64,000 nucleotides of DNA. It comes from an uncultured Actinomycetota bacterium (GTDB lineage Bacteria; Actinomycetota; Actinomycetes; Propionibacteriales; DAIQRJ01). A model generated the notes under the pieces. The model was not told the origin of the DNA, did not search any database, and saw nothing but the letters and a program-made list of their open reading frames with translations. This document shows, piece after piece, positions 28,912-39,464 of this stretch. The translations under genes and the position numbers were made by a program. How positions within the stretch are numbered: position 1 is the stretch's first letter; each line of letters opens with the position of its first letter. The stretch covers positions 170,005-234,004 of the forward strand of contig CAVPUH010000006.1 in the NCBI GenBank assembly GCA_963708795.1, read 5' to 3'.

Positions 28912-29130
28912 CCTCCACCTGGCGACACTCCGGAGACCTCGACCAATCCGCGCCGGTACCGGTACCGAAGACCTGAGGACGACAGCGCGCGGCCCGCAAT
29001 CCCCCCCGTGCGCGGGCCACGCGCTGTCGGCCTTCCCCCGAGGTCTGGAGCTTTGTCGATGCCAACTCGCGAGCAACGCGGGCCAGCCTCCGGCGAAGAC
29101 AGGCCCGAATCGGCGAGACTCGCGCGTGTG

Positions 29131-29706
29131 ATGCCGTTCCGTGGACGCAAGCCCGACGAGTCGGAGCGGCTCGCCGAGCTGATGGAGTCGGCGGCGCGCG
29201 GGCATGAGGCCGCGTTCAGCGACCTCTACACGGCGGTCAGCCCGCGCGTCTACGGGCTCGTGGTCAGGATCGTGCGAGACCCGGCGCTGTCGGCCGAGGT
29301 CACGCAGGAGGTGTTCGTCGAGATCTGGACGCACGCCACGCGTTACGACCGGCGGGCGGGGTCGGTGATGAGCTGGATCCTCACGATCACCCATCGGCGG
29401 GCGGTCGACCGGGTCCGCCGCGAGCAGCATGCGCGCGAGCGTGACACCCGCTACGTCGAACACAACGTCGAGGTCGAGTTCGACGAGGTGTCGGAGGATG
29501 TGGAACGCAAACTCGACGCCGAACGCGTCCGGGAGGCGCTCGGCAATCTGACCGAGTTGCAACGCGAGGCGGTGCGGCTCGCCTACTTCGGCGGCTACAC
29601 GCACTCGGAGGTGTCGCGGCTGCTGAACGTGCCGCTCGGCACGGTGAAGACACGACTACGTGACGGCTTGATCCGGCTTCGAGATGTGATGGAGGTGCAG
29701 GCATGA
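29131..29706 (+). CDS. sigK: ECF RNA polymerase sigma factor SigK
   Basis: Region 2 (...SRVYGLVVRIVRDPALSAEVTQEVFVEIW...) and region 4 (LTELQREAVRLAYFGGYTHSEVSRLLNVPLGTVKTRLRDGL). Closely resembles mycobacterial SigK as I recall it. Start chosen by length (alt 29059 or 29008). Confidence 0.8.
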   Translation: MPFRGRKPDESERLAELMESAARGHEAAFSDLYTAVSPRVYGLVVRIVRDPALSAEVTQEVFVEIWTHATRYDRRAGSVMSWILTITHRRAVDRVRREQHARERDTRYVEHNVEVEFDEVSEDVERKLDAERVREALGNLTELQREAVRLAYFGGYTHSEVSRLLNVPLGTVKTRLRDGLIRLRDVMEVQA

Positions 29707-30512
29707 GCGAGCAGCCCGTGAGTCCGGACGTGCACGCCTCCTCCGGCGCCTACGTCCTCGACGCACTCGATCCGCAGGAACGCCGCGCGTTCGAGCGCCA
29801 TCTCGCCACCTGCGACACCTGCCAGGCGGAGGTGGCGGAGATGACCGAGGCGGCATCCACGCTGTCGCTGCTGGTCGAGCAGCCACCCCCGGCGGATCTG
29901 CTCGCGAAGGTGCTCACCCAGACCCGCACGATCCGTCAGCTCCCTCCGCTCGAGAGCACCGACGTCGTCGCATCCCGCGTCGACGAGCTCGCCGTCCGCC
30001 GGGCGCGTGCTTCGGCACGGATCGCGCGGTGGGTGGGCGCCGTGGCCGCCGCGGTGGCGCTGGTGGCCGGCGGTGGGTGGATCTACTCGCATCAGCAGCT
30101 CGAGGACGCCCGCACGGCCAGTGCCGTCACGCAGGTCCAACTCGCCGACGCCCAGGCACAGCAGGCGGCGACGCAGGCGATCCTGGCCGCTCCCGACCTC
30201 GAGACCGCCACGGCCCCGGTGAGCAGCGGCGGCAACGGCTCGGTGCTCGCGTCGGCGTCGCAGGGCCAGATGCTCTTCGTCGCCGGCGGGCTCCAGACCC
30301 TCGACCCGTCGAAGACCTACCAGCTCTGGCTGATCGACGCCGCAGGCAAGCCGACGTCGGCCGGCACGTTCCAGCCCACCGCCGGCGGGGCCCGGCAGTT
30401 GGTCCGTGGCAACCTCTCGACCACCAAGGTCGTCGGCCTGACCGTCGAGCCGGACGGCGGCTCGAAGGCACCGACGACGACGCCGATCTTCGCCCCGACG
30501 CTGGCCGGCTGA
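29703..30512 (+). CDS. rskA: anti-sigma-K factor RskA
   Basis: 4-nt overlap with sigK. N-terminal zinc-type anti-sigma domain (YVLDALDPQERRAFERHLATCDTCQAEV), one TM segment, and a C-terminal RskA domain (YQLWLIDAAGKPTSAGTF...LTVEPDGGS). Confidence 0.85.
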   Translation: MSEQPVSPDVHASSGAYVLDALDPQERRAFERHLATCDTCQAEVAEMTEAASTLSLLVEQPPPADLLAKVLTQTRTIRQLPPLESTDVVASRVDELAVRRARASARIARWVGAVAAAVALVAGGGWIYSHQQLEDARTASAVTQVQLADAQAQQAATQAILAAPDLETATAPVSSGGNGSVLASASQGQMLFVAGGLQTLDPSKTYQLWLIDAAGKPTSAGTFQPTAGGARQLVRGNLSTTKVVGLTVEPDGGSKAPTTTPIFAPTLAG

Positions 30513-30567
30513 CCCGCACCGGACAACGGACGCGAGATCCGGCCAGCGACTCTCCTAGGCTCGAACC

Positions 30568-31467
30568 GTGAACGCAGCGATTCCCCAGTCACCGGCCGGG
30601 AGCCCGCCGAGCAGGCATGTCGTGATCGTGGGCATCGACGGCGTCCGCCTCGACACCCTGAGGGCGAGTTCGACGCCGAACGTCGATCGGATCGCCGACG
30701 CCGGCTTCCTCGTCGGCGTCCGCGTGAACGACGCTGCGCCGACGATCTCGGGGCCCGGCTGGACGACGATCCTGACCGGCGTGCTCGCACCCGATCACGG
30801 CATCTACGACAACGACCTCTCACCGAACCGACTCGAGCAGTTCCCCGACGTCGTCCACCAGGTCAACGAGGCGCGTCCGGACGTCGCCACCTACGTCACG
30901 GCCAGCTGGGCGCCACTGGTGACGCAGATGTCGGGCGGTCCGGTCTTCCGCGGTGGCGGCATCGTTCCGGCGACGGCATCCGACGGCTGGCACGACCTCG
31001 ACGAGGCCGACGACCTGGTCGCCACCGGGACCGCGGCCTTCATCAGCGATCTCCCCGCCGGGCAGGACTCCCTCTCGTTCAGCTATCTGGGCAACCCCGA
31101 CGAGGTCGCGCACGAGGTCGGCGTGGGACCCGCGTACGTCGCCTCGATCGAACGGTCCGACGCCCGCGTCGGCCGCATCCTCGACGCCGTCGAGGGCCGG
31201 GCGGCCGGCGCGGCCGGCGACTGGACCGTCATCGTGGTCACCGACCACGGCCATCTCGACGCCGGCGGGCACGGCGGCGACAGCGACGTGGAGCGGACGG
31301 CGTGGATCGCCGCGGCAGGTGCCGGCGTGCCCACGGGTGCAGGCCTGGTCGGCGCACTCGAGCAGGCCGACGTCGCTGCGCACACCCTCGCCGTACTGGG
31401 AGTGGAGCCGGCCGCTCCGGTGCAGACGATCGGACGTCCCTTCGGCGCTCGGCCACTCGGTTCGTGA
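30568..31467 (+). CDS. alkaline phosphatase family protein (nucleotide pyrophosphatase/phosphodiesterase type)
   Basis: VVIVGIDGVRLD, PTISGPGWTTILTG, VVTDHGHLDAGGHGG metal-ligand motifs. Confidence 0.75.
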   Translation: MNAAIPQSPAGSPPSRHVVIVGIDGVRLDTLRASSTPNVDRIADAGFLVGVRVNDAAPTISGPGWTTILTGVLAPDHGIYDNDLSPNRLEQFPDVVHQVNEARPDVATYVTASWAPLVTQMSGGPVFRGGGIVPATASDGWHDLDEADDLVATGTAAFISDLPAGQDSLSFSYLGNPDEVAHEVGVGPAYVASIERSDARVGRILDAVEGRAAGAAGDWTVIVVTDHGHLDAGGHGGDSDVERTAWIAAAGAGVPTGAGLVGALEQADVAAHTLAVLGVEPAAPVQTIGRPFGARPLGS

Positions 31468-31480
31468 CCGGCGCCTGTCG

Positions 31481-32317
31481 ATGAGCGGCGTGGCGGCGAT
31501 CGTCCTCGCCACCGCCTGCCTTCACGCCGCGTGGAACACCGCGGCGAAGTCCGTCGGTGACCGGTGGGTGGCCAGTGCGTTGATCGGGTCGGTGTACGCC
31601 GTCGTGGGCCTGGTGGCCGTGCTGCTCCTCCCGCTGCCCGACCGGGCGTCCTGGCCGTTCATCGCGACGTCGGTGCTGCTCCAGGTGGCCTATCTGCTGC
31701 TGCTCACAGCCGCGTACGGGCACGGCGACATGAGCAAGCTCTATCCGCTCGTCCGCGGCATGTCGCCGCTGCTGGTCACGCTCATCGCGGTCGCCGTCCT
31801 GGGCGAGCACCTCAGCTCGGGAGCGCTCGTCGGCATCGGTGTACTCGTAGGCGGCCTCGGCGCGTTGGCCTTCGCGCACGGCCGGCCACGGCGGGGCGGA
31901 GGTGTCGGGCTGGCCCTGCTGACCGGGGTGGCGATCGCGGGATACACGCTGGTCGACGGTCTGGGCGTCCGGCGCTCCGGCCACGCCCTGGGCTACGCAG
32001 CGTGGCTGTTCGCCTTGCAGGGTCCACTTCTGGTGGGTCTGTGCCTGGCCCGCGGTGGCCCCGACATGCGCGCGCGGCTCTACCGTCACCGCTACGTCGG
32101 GCTCGCCGGCGGACTCCTCTCCCTCATCGCGTATGCCATCGTCGTCTGGGCGCAGTCGCGGGCCCCGATCGCGATCGTCGCCGCACTGCGCGAGACCAGC
32201 GTCTTGTGGGGCGCGGTGGCCGGCAGCGTGGTGCTGCACGAACGGCTCGGATGGAAGGGGGTGGTCGCGACGTTGCTGGCCGCGACCGGCGCGGTCGTCG
32301 TCCAGGTGTCCGGCTGA
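31481..32317 (+). CDS. EamA/DMT family transporter
   Basis: ORF 30953..32317 trimmed to ATG 31481. About ten hydrophobic segments in two similar halves. Confidence 0.75.
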   Translation: MSGVAAIVLATACLHAAWNTAAKSVGDRWVASALIGSVYAVVGLVAVLLLPLPDRASWPFIATSVLLQVAYLLLLTAAYGHGDMSKLYPLVRGMSPLLVTLIAVAVLGEHLSSGALVGIGVLVGGLGALAFAHGRPRRGGGVGLALLTGVAIAGYTLVDGLGVRRSGHALGYAAWLFALQGPLLVGLCLARGGPDMRARLYRHRYVGLAGGLLSLIAYAIVVWAQSRAPIAIVAALRETSVLWGAVAGSVVLHERLGWKGVVATLLAATGAVVVQVSG

Positions 32318-32338
32318 ATGCGTTAACGCCCTTCAAGA

Positions 32339-32356
32339 TATCTCACAGATGAGATA
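32339..32356. promoter_or_regulatory. AT-rich 7-4-7 palindrome TATCTCA-CAGA-TGAGATA, candidate operator
   Basis: Perfect arms, 12 nt upstream of the PPOX-type gene start, within a short low-GC intergenic stretch. Confidence 0.3.
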
Positions 32357-32367
32357 CCGTCGCCCGC

Positions 32368-33033
32368 ATGGTTCCTGCCGATGCCACTGCCGATGACACT
32401 GCCGCCGTCACGTCTGCGCCCGTCACCACCGTCACGACCGTCGACGAACTCCGCGCGGTCGTGGGAGACGTCATGCCGCGGGCCGCCATGAAGGTCCGAC
32501 CGGCGCTGGTCGACCTCGATCGGGAGTGGCTGGCCCAGTCGCCGTTCTGCCTCCTGGCCACGACCGGCGCCGACGGATCGTGCGACGTCTCGCCCAAGGG
32601 CGATCCCGCCGGTTTCGTGCATGTGCTCGACGAGACGACCATCGCCGTGCCGGATCGTCCGGGCAACCGCCGCGTCGACGGGTTCCTCAACATCCTCGAC
32701 AACCCTCACGTCGGCCTGATCTTCCTCATCCCCGGTCGTGGGGACACCCTCCGGATCAACGGACGGGCCACGATCGTCAGTGAGGCTCCCTGGTTCGACG
32801 ACCTGGCGGTTCGCGGGCGCCGGCCCGGGTTGGCGATGGTCATCGAGATCGACGAGGTCTTCCATCACTGCTCCAAGGCGTTCCTGCGCTCGAAGCTCTG
32901 GGAGCCCGACAGCTGGGCGCCCGAGAACGTGCCCAGCCGGGCGGTGATCGCGAAGGCCCTCGAACGTCCTGAGGAAGACCTCGCCGACATCGAGCGCTAC
33001 TACGGTCCGAGCTACGCGGACGGCCTCTACTAG
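32368..33033 (+). CDS. PPOX-type FMN-dependent flavoprotein (pyridoxamine 5'-phosphate oxidase family)
   Basis: ...SPFCLLATTGADGSCDVSPKGDPAGFVHVLDETTIAVPDRPGNRRVDGFLNILDNPHVGLIFLIPGRGDTLRINGRA... Confidence 0.75.
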   Translation: MVPADATADDTAAVTSAPVTTVTTVDELRAVVGDVMPRAAMKVRPALVDLDREWLAQSPFCLLATTGADGSCDVSPKGDPAGFVHVLDETTIAVPDRPGNRRVDGFLNILDNPHVGLIFLIPGRGDTLRINGRATIVSEAPWFDDLAVRGRRPGLAMVIEIDEVFHHCSKAFLRSKLWEPDSWAPENVPSRAVIAKALERPEEDLADIERYYGPSYADGLY

Positions 33034-33054
33034 CTCGCGCCGTTCACCGGTGGT

Positions 33055-33519
33055 TCAGTCGACCAGCCGGGCCGGGAAGCCACCGGTCGCGATCGGGCCC
33101 CAGCGGTCGACGTCGATGGAGATGAGCGACTTGTCCTGCACCCGCATGGCTTCGCGGTACTCGTCCCAGTCCGGATGCTCGCCCGCGATGCAGCGGAAGT
33201 ACTCGACGAGGCCGTCCGCGGCCTCGGGCATGTCGAGCACGGTCGCCGTCCCGTCGACGTGGACGTACGGGCCGTCCCAGCTGTCCGACAGCACGCACAC
33301 GGACACCCGTGGGTCGCGCCGGGCGTTCACCGCCTTGCTGCGGTCGGGATAGGTCGACACGACGATGCGGCCCTCCGGGGTGAGCCCGCACGAGACCGGG
33401 GAGGACTGCGGCCGCCCGTCCCTTCGGGTGGTCATCAGGACGGCGTGGTGGCGATCACGGACGAAGTCGAACAATTCGTCGCGGCCCACCTGGTCTGATC
33501 GAGCAATGCTTCGCGGCAT
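33055..33519 (-). CDS. PPOX class F420-dependent oxidoreductase
   Basis: ORF 33055..33570 trimmed to ATG 33519. ...HHAVLMTTRRDGRPQSSPVSCGLTPEGRIVVSTYPDRSKAVNARRDPRVSVCVL... Confidence 0.75.
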   Translation of the reverse strand: MPRSIARSDQVGRDELFDFVRDRHHAVLMTTRRDGRPQSSPVSCGLTPEGRIVVSTYPDRSKAVNARRDPRVSVCVLSDSWDGPYVHVDGTATVLDMPEAADGLVEYFRCIAGEHPDWDEYREAMRVQDKSLISIDVDRWGPIATGGFPARLVD

Positions 33520-33538
33520 GTTCAGCTCCCTGTTCCGG

Positions 33539-34216
33539 TCACGGTAGTGACCAGTCGATCGGCTCGGCACCCTGGGCAGTCAGCAACTCGTTGACGCGGG
33601 TGAACGGGCGCGATCCGAAGAACCCTCGATCGGCCGACATGGGCGACGGGTGCGCGCTCGTCACCGCGGGCACCTGTCCCAGCATGGGGACGAGATTCTG
33701 GGCGTCTCGGCCCCACAGGATGGCGGCCAGCGGACCCCCTCGCGCCACCAACGCCGTGATCGCGGCCTCCGTCACCGCCTCCCATCCCCGGCCGCGATGG
33801 CTGCCAGGGCTTCCGGGAGCGACCGTCAGGACGCGGTTCAGCAGGAGCACGCCGCGCTCGGTCCACGGCGTCAGGTCTCCCGTCGACGGCCGTGGAACGC
33901 CCGTGTCCTCGGTGAGTTCGCGGTAGATGTTGGCCAGGCTGCGCGGGATCGGCCGGACGTCCGGCGCGACCGAGAACGACAGTCCGACCGCATGCCCCGG
34001 GGTGGGGTAGGGATCCTGGCCCATGATCAGCACCCTGACATCGGTCATCGGGGTCCCGAACGCGCGCAGCACGTCGGCCCCGGCGGGCAGGTAGCCACGG
34101 CCGGCCGCCACCTCCGACCGGAGGAACGCGCCCATCACGGCGATCTGCTCGGCCACCGGGGCGAGTGCCTCGGCCCAGTCCGGCGCGACGAGCTCGGTCA
34201 GCGGACGGGCCGGCAT
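33539..34216 (-). CDS. ung: uracil-DNA glycosylase
   Basis: ORF 33539..34729 trimmed to ATG 34216. Family-1 UDG motifs GQDPYP, LLLN and HPSP. The ATG overlaps the upstream gene's stop by 1 nt (TGATG). Confidence 0.9.
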   Translation of the reverse strand: MPARPLTELVAPDWAEALAPVAEQIAVMGAFLRSEVAAGRGYLPAGADVLRAFGTPMTDVRVLIMGQDPYPTPGHAVGLSFSVAPDVRPIPRSLANIYRELTEDTGVPRPSTGDLTPWTERGVLLLNRVLTVAPGSPGSHRGRGWEAVTEAAITALVARGGPLAAILWGRDAQNLVPMLGQVPAVTSAHPSPMSADRGFFGSRPFTRVNELLTAQGAEPIDWSLP

Positions 34217-35698
34217 CAGCTGGGCAGGCCGGCGTCGGCGCGAAGGGTCCACGCCCGCACCGCCGAGCTGTCGCCCTCGATCCGCGCGGTCCAGCCCACG
34301 TGGTCGGCCGGGTACGTGCGCGTCGTCGCGGTTCGCCCGGCCGAGGTGTAGGCCTCGACCACCGAGCCGTCGACCACGACGCGAAGCCAGCTGGTGCCGT
34401 CGGTCGCATCCGGCTCGGCGGCCAACGTGAACTCCCCCACGCTGGCCTGCCCGACTTTCGGCTCCAGGCGAAGGACCAGTTCGACGTCGCCGCTCGCCAG
34501 CGTCACGGCCGCGGCAGAACCGGCGAGCAGCACCTCGGCCCCGACGGGCAACGCGAAGCCCTCGGCCGTCACCTCGACGGCCTCGGCCCGCAGGGCGTCC
34601 AGCTCGGCGACCGGCCACATCGCCAGCGCGCCGTCCCGGATCGACAGCCGGCGGGGGAAGGTGAGTGCTCCGCTCCAGCCGGCCGCGGCCGCCTCGCCGG
34701 CGTCTCGGAGCTCGCGCACCCAACCCCACAGGAGGATTCGCCCGTCGGGCGCGTGCAACAGCGATGGCGCGTAGAGGGCGTCACCGTCTTCGAGAAGGTG
34801 CGCCGACCGCTGGACGAGCTGATCGCCGGCACGGTCCGCGAGCAACGCGATCGTCATCGACGGGAACGGCGTCCGGTACCACGGGCACACGATCAGCACG
34901 CTGACGTCCTCGCCGTCGTCACCGGGAATCACGGCGTAGGCGGGGCATTCCCACATCTCGCCGGTGTCGATGTCGACGTCCGCCGCCGGGTCCGGGACCG
35001 GCACATGGTGGAACACCCCGGCGTACGTCCAGGAAGCCAGGTCGTCGGAGACGAAGCGCAACAGCGCCGCATACCGGTCCGGCGCTCCCGCCACCGGATC
35101 CACCACCCGGAGGCCGGCGCCCAGCACCAGCGACCAACGCTGAGCACCCGAGTCGGCAGCGTCGGCACGGTCAGCACGGTGGCGGGTCGGCCCAGGCGAA
35201 CGGGTCGCGCAGGGTGTGCGCGGTCGTACGGGTGCCGTCGGGAAGCACCACCACCTCGGGCGCCGTCGCGACGACCACGCCGTCGGTGGAGAACGTGGCG
35301 CCGTCGTCGTCGCTGACCGCACGGAGCGCCGGCTGCCACGGCTCGTCGGTGCGGAAGGCCGAATAGAAGGCGACGAGTCGGCCGTCGTGGCTGATCGCGT
35401 TGCCGGACCAGACGCCGTCGCGGTCGGCGCGGGTTTCGTCGCCCGGGTGCGGTCGCAAGGCGACGCCGCGGTCGTTCCACGTGATCAGGTCGGTCGAGTC
35501 GGCGTGCCACCAGCAGATGAGGTCCCCGCCCACGGTGGCGGCCGGGTTGTGCTGGGCGAACAGGTGCCAGCGTCCGGCGTGGTGGACGAGGCCGTTCGGA
35601 TCGTTCACCCAGTTCCGCGGCGGCCGCGGGTGCCGGCTCGGGTAGAGCGGATCGGTCGCGGCCGGGAACGGGCTGACGGAACTGTCGGGCGTCGACAT
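34216..35698 (-). pseudogene. glycoside hydrolase family 32 (beta-fructofuranosidase/sucrose-6-phosphate hydrolase-like), +1 interruption around 35175-35190
   Basis: N-terminus from ATG 35698 carries WVNDPNG and RDP (LRDPFAW), then stops. ORF 34216..35322 continues with the EC motif (GEMWECPAY) and a beta-sandwich-like C-terminus. Confidence 0.8.
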
Positions 35699-35748
35699 GC
35701 AGGGACCTCTCGGCATCGTGGGGACGGTCGGTGGAGCGGCGGGACTCG

Positions 35749-37461
35749 TCAGGAGACGAGCGGGACGGGCTCCGGTGCGGCGAGCCGGCTGGCGTCGGCG
35801 GCGACGTCGTCCACCTGTTCCTGACTGGAACGTTCGGCGGCGACCCGGCGGCGGTACAGCTCGATCTCCTGCGTGCGCGTGGCGTCGTCCCACCCCAGCT
35901 CGGCCGCCATCAGGTCGGCGGCGATCTCGGCTACCCGGTCGCCGCGGTCCCAGGTCTCGATCGAGATGCGGGTCCGTCGGGCGAGGACGTCGTCGATGTG
36001 GCGGGCACCTTCGTGGCTCACCGCGTACACGATCTCGACGGCCAGGTAGTCCTCGGCCCCGGCCAGCGGTTCACCCCAGCCCGGGTTGGCGGCGACGAGG
36101 TCGAGCAGTTCCGGCGTGAGCGAGCCGTAGCGGCGCAGAAGGTGCTCGATCCTCGCGACGTGCAGCCCGGATCGACTGGCCAGCAACGTGCGCTGGTTCC
36201 ACATCGCCTCGTAGCCGTCGGCGCCGACCAGCGGGATGCGGTCGGTCACACACGCCGGGACGCGGCCGTCGAGCGAGTGCGCGGCGGCGTCGACCGCATC
36301 GGCCGCCATCACCCGGTAGGTCGTGTACTTGCCGCCCGCCACGAGCACCAGACCGGGTACCGGCGCGATCACGGTGTGCTCGCGGGACAGCTTCGACGTC
36401 TCCTCGGATTCACCCGAGAGCAGCGGGCGCAGGCCCGCGTAGACGCCCTCGACGTCGTCGCGCGTCAACGGCGTGGCCAGGACGGTGTTGACGTGGTCGA
36501 GCAGGTACTGGATGTCGGTCTTCGAGGCCGCTGGGTGGGCCTTGTCGAGTTCCCAGTCGGTGTCGGTGGTACCGATGATCCAGTGCCGTCCCCACGGGAT
36601 GACGAACAGCACGCTGCGCTCGGTGCGGAGGATGAGCCCGGAGTCCGAGCGGATACGGTCCCGCGGGACGACCAGGTGGATGCCCTTGGACGCGCGGACG
36701 TGCAACTGTCCCCGGCCGCCGACGAGGTGCTGGATGTCGTCGGTCCACACTCCCGTCGCGTTGATCACCTGCTTGGCGCGCACCGGCCACTCGGCGCCGG
36801 ACTCGAGGTCGCGCACGCGGACACCGGTGACCCGCTCGCCCTCGCGCAGGAACCCGACGACCTGCGTGCGGTTGGCCACGTCGGCGCCGTAGGTGGCCGC
36901 CGTGCGGACGATCGACATGGTGTGCCGGGCGTCGTCGACCTGCGCGTCGTAGTACTGGATGCCGCCGATCAGCGCGTCGGACTTGAGCGCGGGAACGAGC
37001 CGCAGCGCCTGGCGACGGGACAGGTGCCGGTGCCGTGGCAGTCCGCGGCTGTTGCCCGACGAGACCGCCATCGTGTCGTAGAGCGCGAGCCCGGCGCCGA
37101 CATACGGGCGTTCCCAGAACCGCCCGTGGAGCGGGTACAGGAACGGGACCGGGCGGACCAGGTGTGGCGCGAGTCGCTGAACGAGCAGTCCTCGCTCACG
37201 CAGGGCCTCTCGCACGAGCCGGAAGTCGAGCATCTCGAGGTAACGCAGGCCGCCGTGGATGAGCTTCGACGACCGGGACGACGTGCCCGACGCCCAGTCC
37301 CGCATCTCCACGAGCGCCGTCGAGAGACCACGCGTGACGGCGTCCAGCGCGCTGCCGGCTCCGACGACGCCCCCGCCGATGACGACCACGTCGTACTCGG
37401 TGGTGTGCATCCGCGCCATCGCGGCCGCTCGCTCCTGCCCGGACAACCTGGCGGTCTGCAT
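35749..37461 (-). CDS. glpD: FAD-dependent glycerol-3-phosphate dehydrogenase
   Basis: YDVVVIGGGVVGAGSALDAVTRGL FAD motif; ...SSRSSKLIHGGLRYLE... Start is ATG 37461 after GAGGAGAGG. Confidence 0.9.
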   Translation of the reverse strand: MQTARLSGQERAAAMARMHTTEYDVVVIGGGVVGAGSALDAVTRGLSTALVEMRDWASGTSSRSSKLIHGGLRYLEMLDFRLVREALRERGLLVQRLAPHLVRPVPFLYPLHGRFWERPYVGAGLALYDTMAVSSGNSRGLPRHRHLSRRQALRLVPALKSDALIGGIQYYDAQVDDARHTMSIVRTAATYGADVANRTQVVGFLREGERVTGVRVRDLESGAEWPVRAKQVINATGVWTDDIQHLVGGRGQLHVRASKGIHLVVPRDRIRSDSGLILRTERSVLFVIPWGRHWIIGTTDTDWELDKAHPAASKTDIQYLLDHVNTVLATPLTRDDVEGVYAGLRPLLSGESEETSKLSREHTVIAPVPGLVLVAGGKYTTYRVMAADAVDAAAHSLDGRVPACVTDRIPLVGADGYEAMWNQRTLLASRSGLHVARIEHLLRRYGSLTPELLDLVAANPGWGEPLAGAEDYLAVEIVYAVSHEGARHIDDVLARRTRISIETWDRGDRVAEIAADLMAAELGWDDATRTQEIELYRRRVAAERSSQEQVDDVAADASRLAAPEPVPLVS

Positions 37462-37534
37462 GCTCGCCTCTCCTCGATCACCCACGCGGGCCGGTCGGCC
37501 ACGCACGCCACCCTAGCCACCGGCTCGACCGCGG

Positions 37535-38821
37535 TCACCGCGCGCGCAGTGCCGCCACATCCCCGATGACCAACAGGCCGGGCGCCTGTCTCGGCACGCT
37601 CGATGCGAGCGCGCCGAGGTCGGCCAGCGCGCCGCGCAGAACCTGCACGGACGGCTGGGAGGCGTCCGCGATGACCGCCACCGGGGTGTCCGCGGAGCGG
37701 CCGCCGTCGATCAGCGCACTCGCGATCGCCGCGCTGGTGGCCAGACCCATCAAGACGACCAGCGTGCCCCGCAGACTGGCCAGCGCGGCCCAGTCGACCT
37801 GCGAGCCCTCGGCGCCGGGCGGGAGGTGGCCGCTGACCACGCAGACCTCCTGTGCCAGGCCGCGGTGGGTCACCGGGATCCCGGCGAGGAGCGGGCCGGC
37901 CAACGCCGAGCTGATGCCGGGGACGACCTCGACAGCGAGACCGGCACGGGTGCACGCCTGCAGTTCCTCGTACCCGCGGCCGAGGACGAACGGGTCGCCG
38001 CCCTTGAGCCGGACGACGAACGAGCCTGCGGCCGCGTGCTCGACGAGCAGCGCGTTGATCGCGTCCTGGCTCATCGCGCGGCCGCGGGGCAGCTTGGCGG
38101 CGTCGAGGACCAGAACGTCGTCGTCCAGGTCGTGCAGGAGACCGGTGGGCGCGAGCCGGTCGGCCACCACCACGTCCGCCGCGCGGAGCAGCCGCTGGCC
38201 GCGCACGGTGATGAGGTCGGGCGCGCCGGGCCCGCCGCCGACGAGCGCCACCTGGATGCCGGGGGGACGCATGGAACGCCGGTCCGGCGGTCGACCACGG
38301 GTCGAGGCGACGCCGCCCACATCCGCCGCGCCGCCGCGCACCAGGTCGACGAGGTGGTCACGGATCCGGATCGAGTCGGCCGCCCGACCGCTCGACACCG
38401 CCACCCGAGCGGCCGCGTAGCCGAAGCCCGCCGGGAAGTCGGCGACCGCGGGCGTCCAGGCGCTCGACGCCGGGCCGTCGTCGGCCTGGACGCAGAAGAC
38501 CCGGCGACTCTCGGCGGCTGCGGCCACGGCGGCGTTGACCGCGTGGTCGTCGGTGCTGGCCAACACGTACCACGCGTCGTCGAGGTCGGCGTCGACGAAC
38601 GTGCCGGCCCGCCACGCGATCCGGCCGGCCGACGCCAGTCCCTCGAGCACCGGGCTGACGACCGGACTGACCAGGACGACGTCGGCGCCCGCCTCGATCA
38701 GGCGCGGCACCCGCCGCGCCGCGACCCGGCCGCCGCCGATGACGACGACTCGGCGCCCGGTCAGGCGCAGGCCGACCAGATAGGGCGGGACGCGGGTGGG
38801 CCCACCGGGATGCTCGGTCAC
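37535..38821 (-). CDS. cysG: siroheme synthase-like bifunctional protein (precorrin-2 dehydrogenase domain + uroporphyrinogen-III C-methyltransferase)
   Basis: ORF 37535..39811 trimmed to GTG 38821. N-terminus LTGRRVVVIGGGRVAARRV (NAD fold). C-terminal SUMT motifs LVGGGPGAPDLITVRG and VVRLKGGDPFVLGRGYEE. Confidence 0.8.
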   Translation of the reverse strand: MTEHPGGPTRVPPYLVGLRLTGRRVVVIGGGRVAARRVPRLIEAGADVVLVSPVVSPVLEGLASAGRIAWRAGTFVDADLDDAWYVLASTDDHAVNAAVAAAAESRRVFCVQADDGPASSAWTPAVADFPAGFGYAAARVAVSSGRAADSIRIRDHLVDLVRGGAADVGGVASTRGRPPDRRSMRPPGIQVALVGGGPGAPDLITVRGQRLLRAADVVVADRLAPTGLLHDLDDDVLVLDAAKLPRGRAMSQDAINALLVEHAAAGSFVVRLKGGDPFVLGRGYEELQACTRAGLAVEVVPGISSALAGPLLAGIPVTHRGLAQEVCVVSGHLPPGAEGSQVDWAALASLRGTLVVLMGLATSAAIASALIDGGRSADTPVAVIADASQPSVQVLRGALADLGALASSVPRQAPGLLVIGDVAALRAR

Positions 38822-38869
38822 GGCCTCAGGGTGCCAAACCGGGCCGGCGAGCGCAGTTAGGGTCGGATC

Positions 38870-39463
38870 ATGAGCGCAGATCCGATCCACCCGAGCGATG
38901 CTCCGGCCGCGGCTCGCTCCGCCATGGGCGCTTTGGAGCTCGTTCCCGCGGCCGACCACCCCGGGCTGCTGGCCGCCCCGGTGCGTGCCGCCCTGGCCGA
39001 TGGTGTGCTGCCGGTGGCCGACGTCTGGGTCGCGGAGATCGATCCGACACTCGCCGACACGGAGGCGCTCGTCGGTGCGTACGGGGTCGGGCTCGACGTC
39101 TCGGCGAACTGTGTGGTCGTGGCGGGTCGTCGTGGCGATCAGACGCGGTACGCCGGATGTTGTGTGCTCGCCACGACGAAGGCCGACGTCAACAAGGTCG
39201 TGCGGCGCGAACTCGACGCCCGCAAGGCGTCGTTCGCTCCCGTCGACGACACGCTCGCGGCGACCGGCATGGAGTACGGCGGCATCACGCCGGTCGGGCT
39301 GCCGACGGACTGGCCGATCCTGGTCGACGACGCGGTCACGGCGACGCCGTGGGTGTGCATCGGCAGCGGCATCCGGGGCTCCAAGCTCGTCGTTCCGGGC
39401 GCGCTCCTGGCGACGCTGCCCGGCGGGCGGTCGCTCGCCCTGGCCATCGCCCAGGGCGGTTGA
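38870..39463 (+). CDS. YbaK/EbsC-type aminoacyl-tRNA editing domain protein
   Basis: 197-aa ORF: ...NCVVVAGRRGDQTRYAGCCVLATTKADVNKVVRREL...GITPVGLPTDWPILVDD...GSGIRGSKL. Confidence 0.7.
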   Translation: MSADPIHPSDAPAAARSAMGALELVPAADHPGLLAAPVRAALADGVLPVADVWVAEIDPTLADTEALVGAYGVGLDVSANCVVVAGRRGDQTRYAGCCVLATTKADVNKVVRRELDARKASFAPVDDTLAATGMEYGGITPVGLPTDWPILVDDAVTATPWVCIGSGIRGSKLVVPGALLATLPGGRSLALAIAQGG

Positions 39464-39464
39464 C

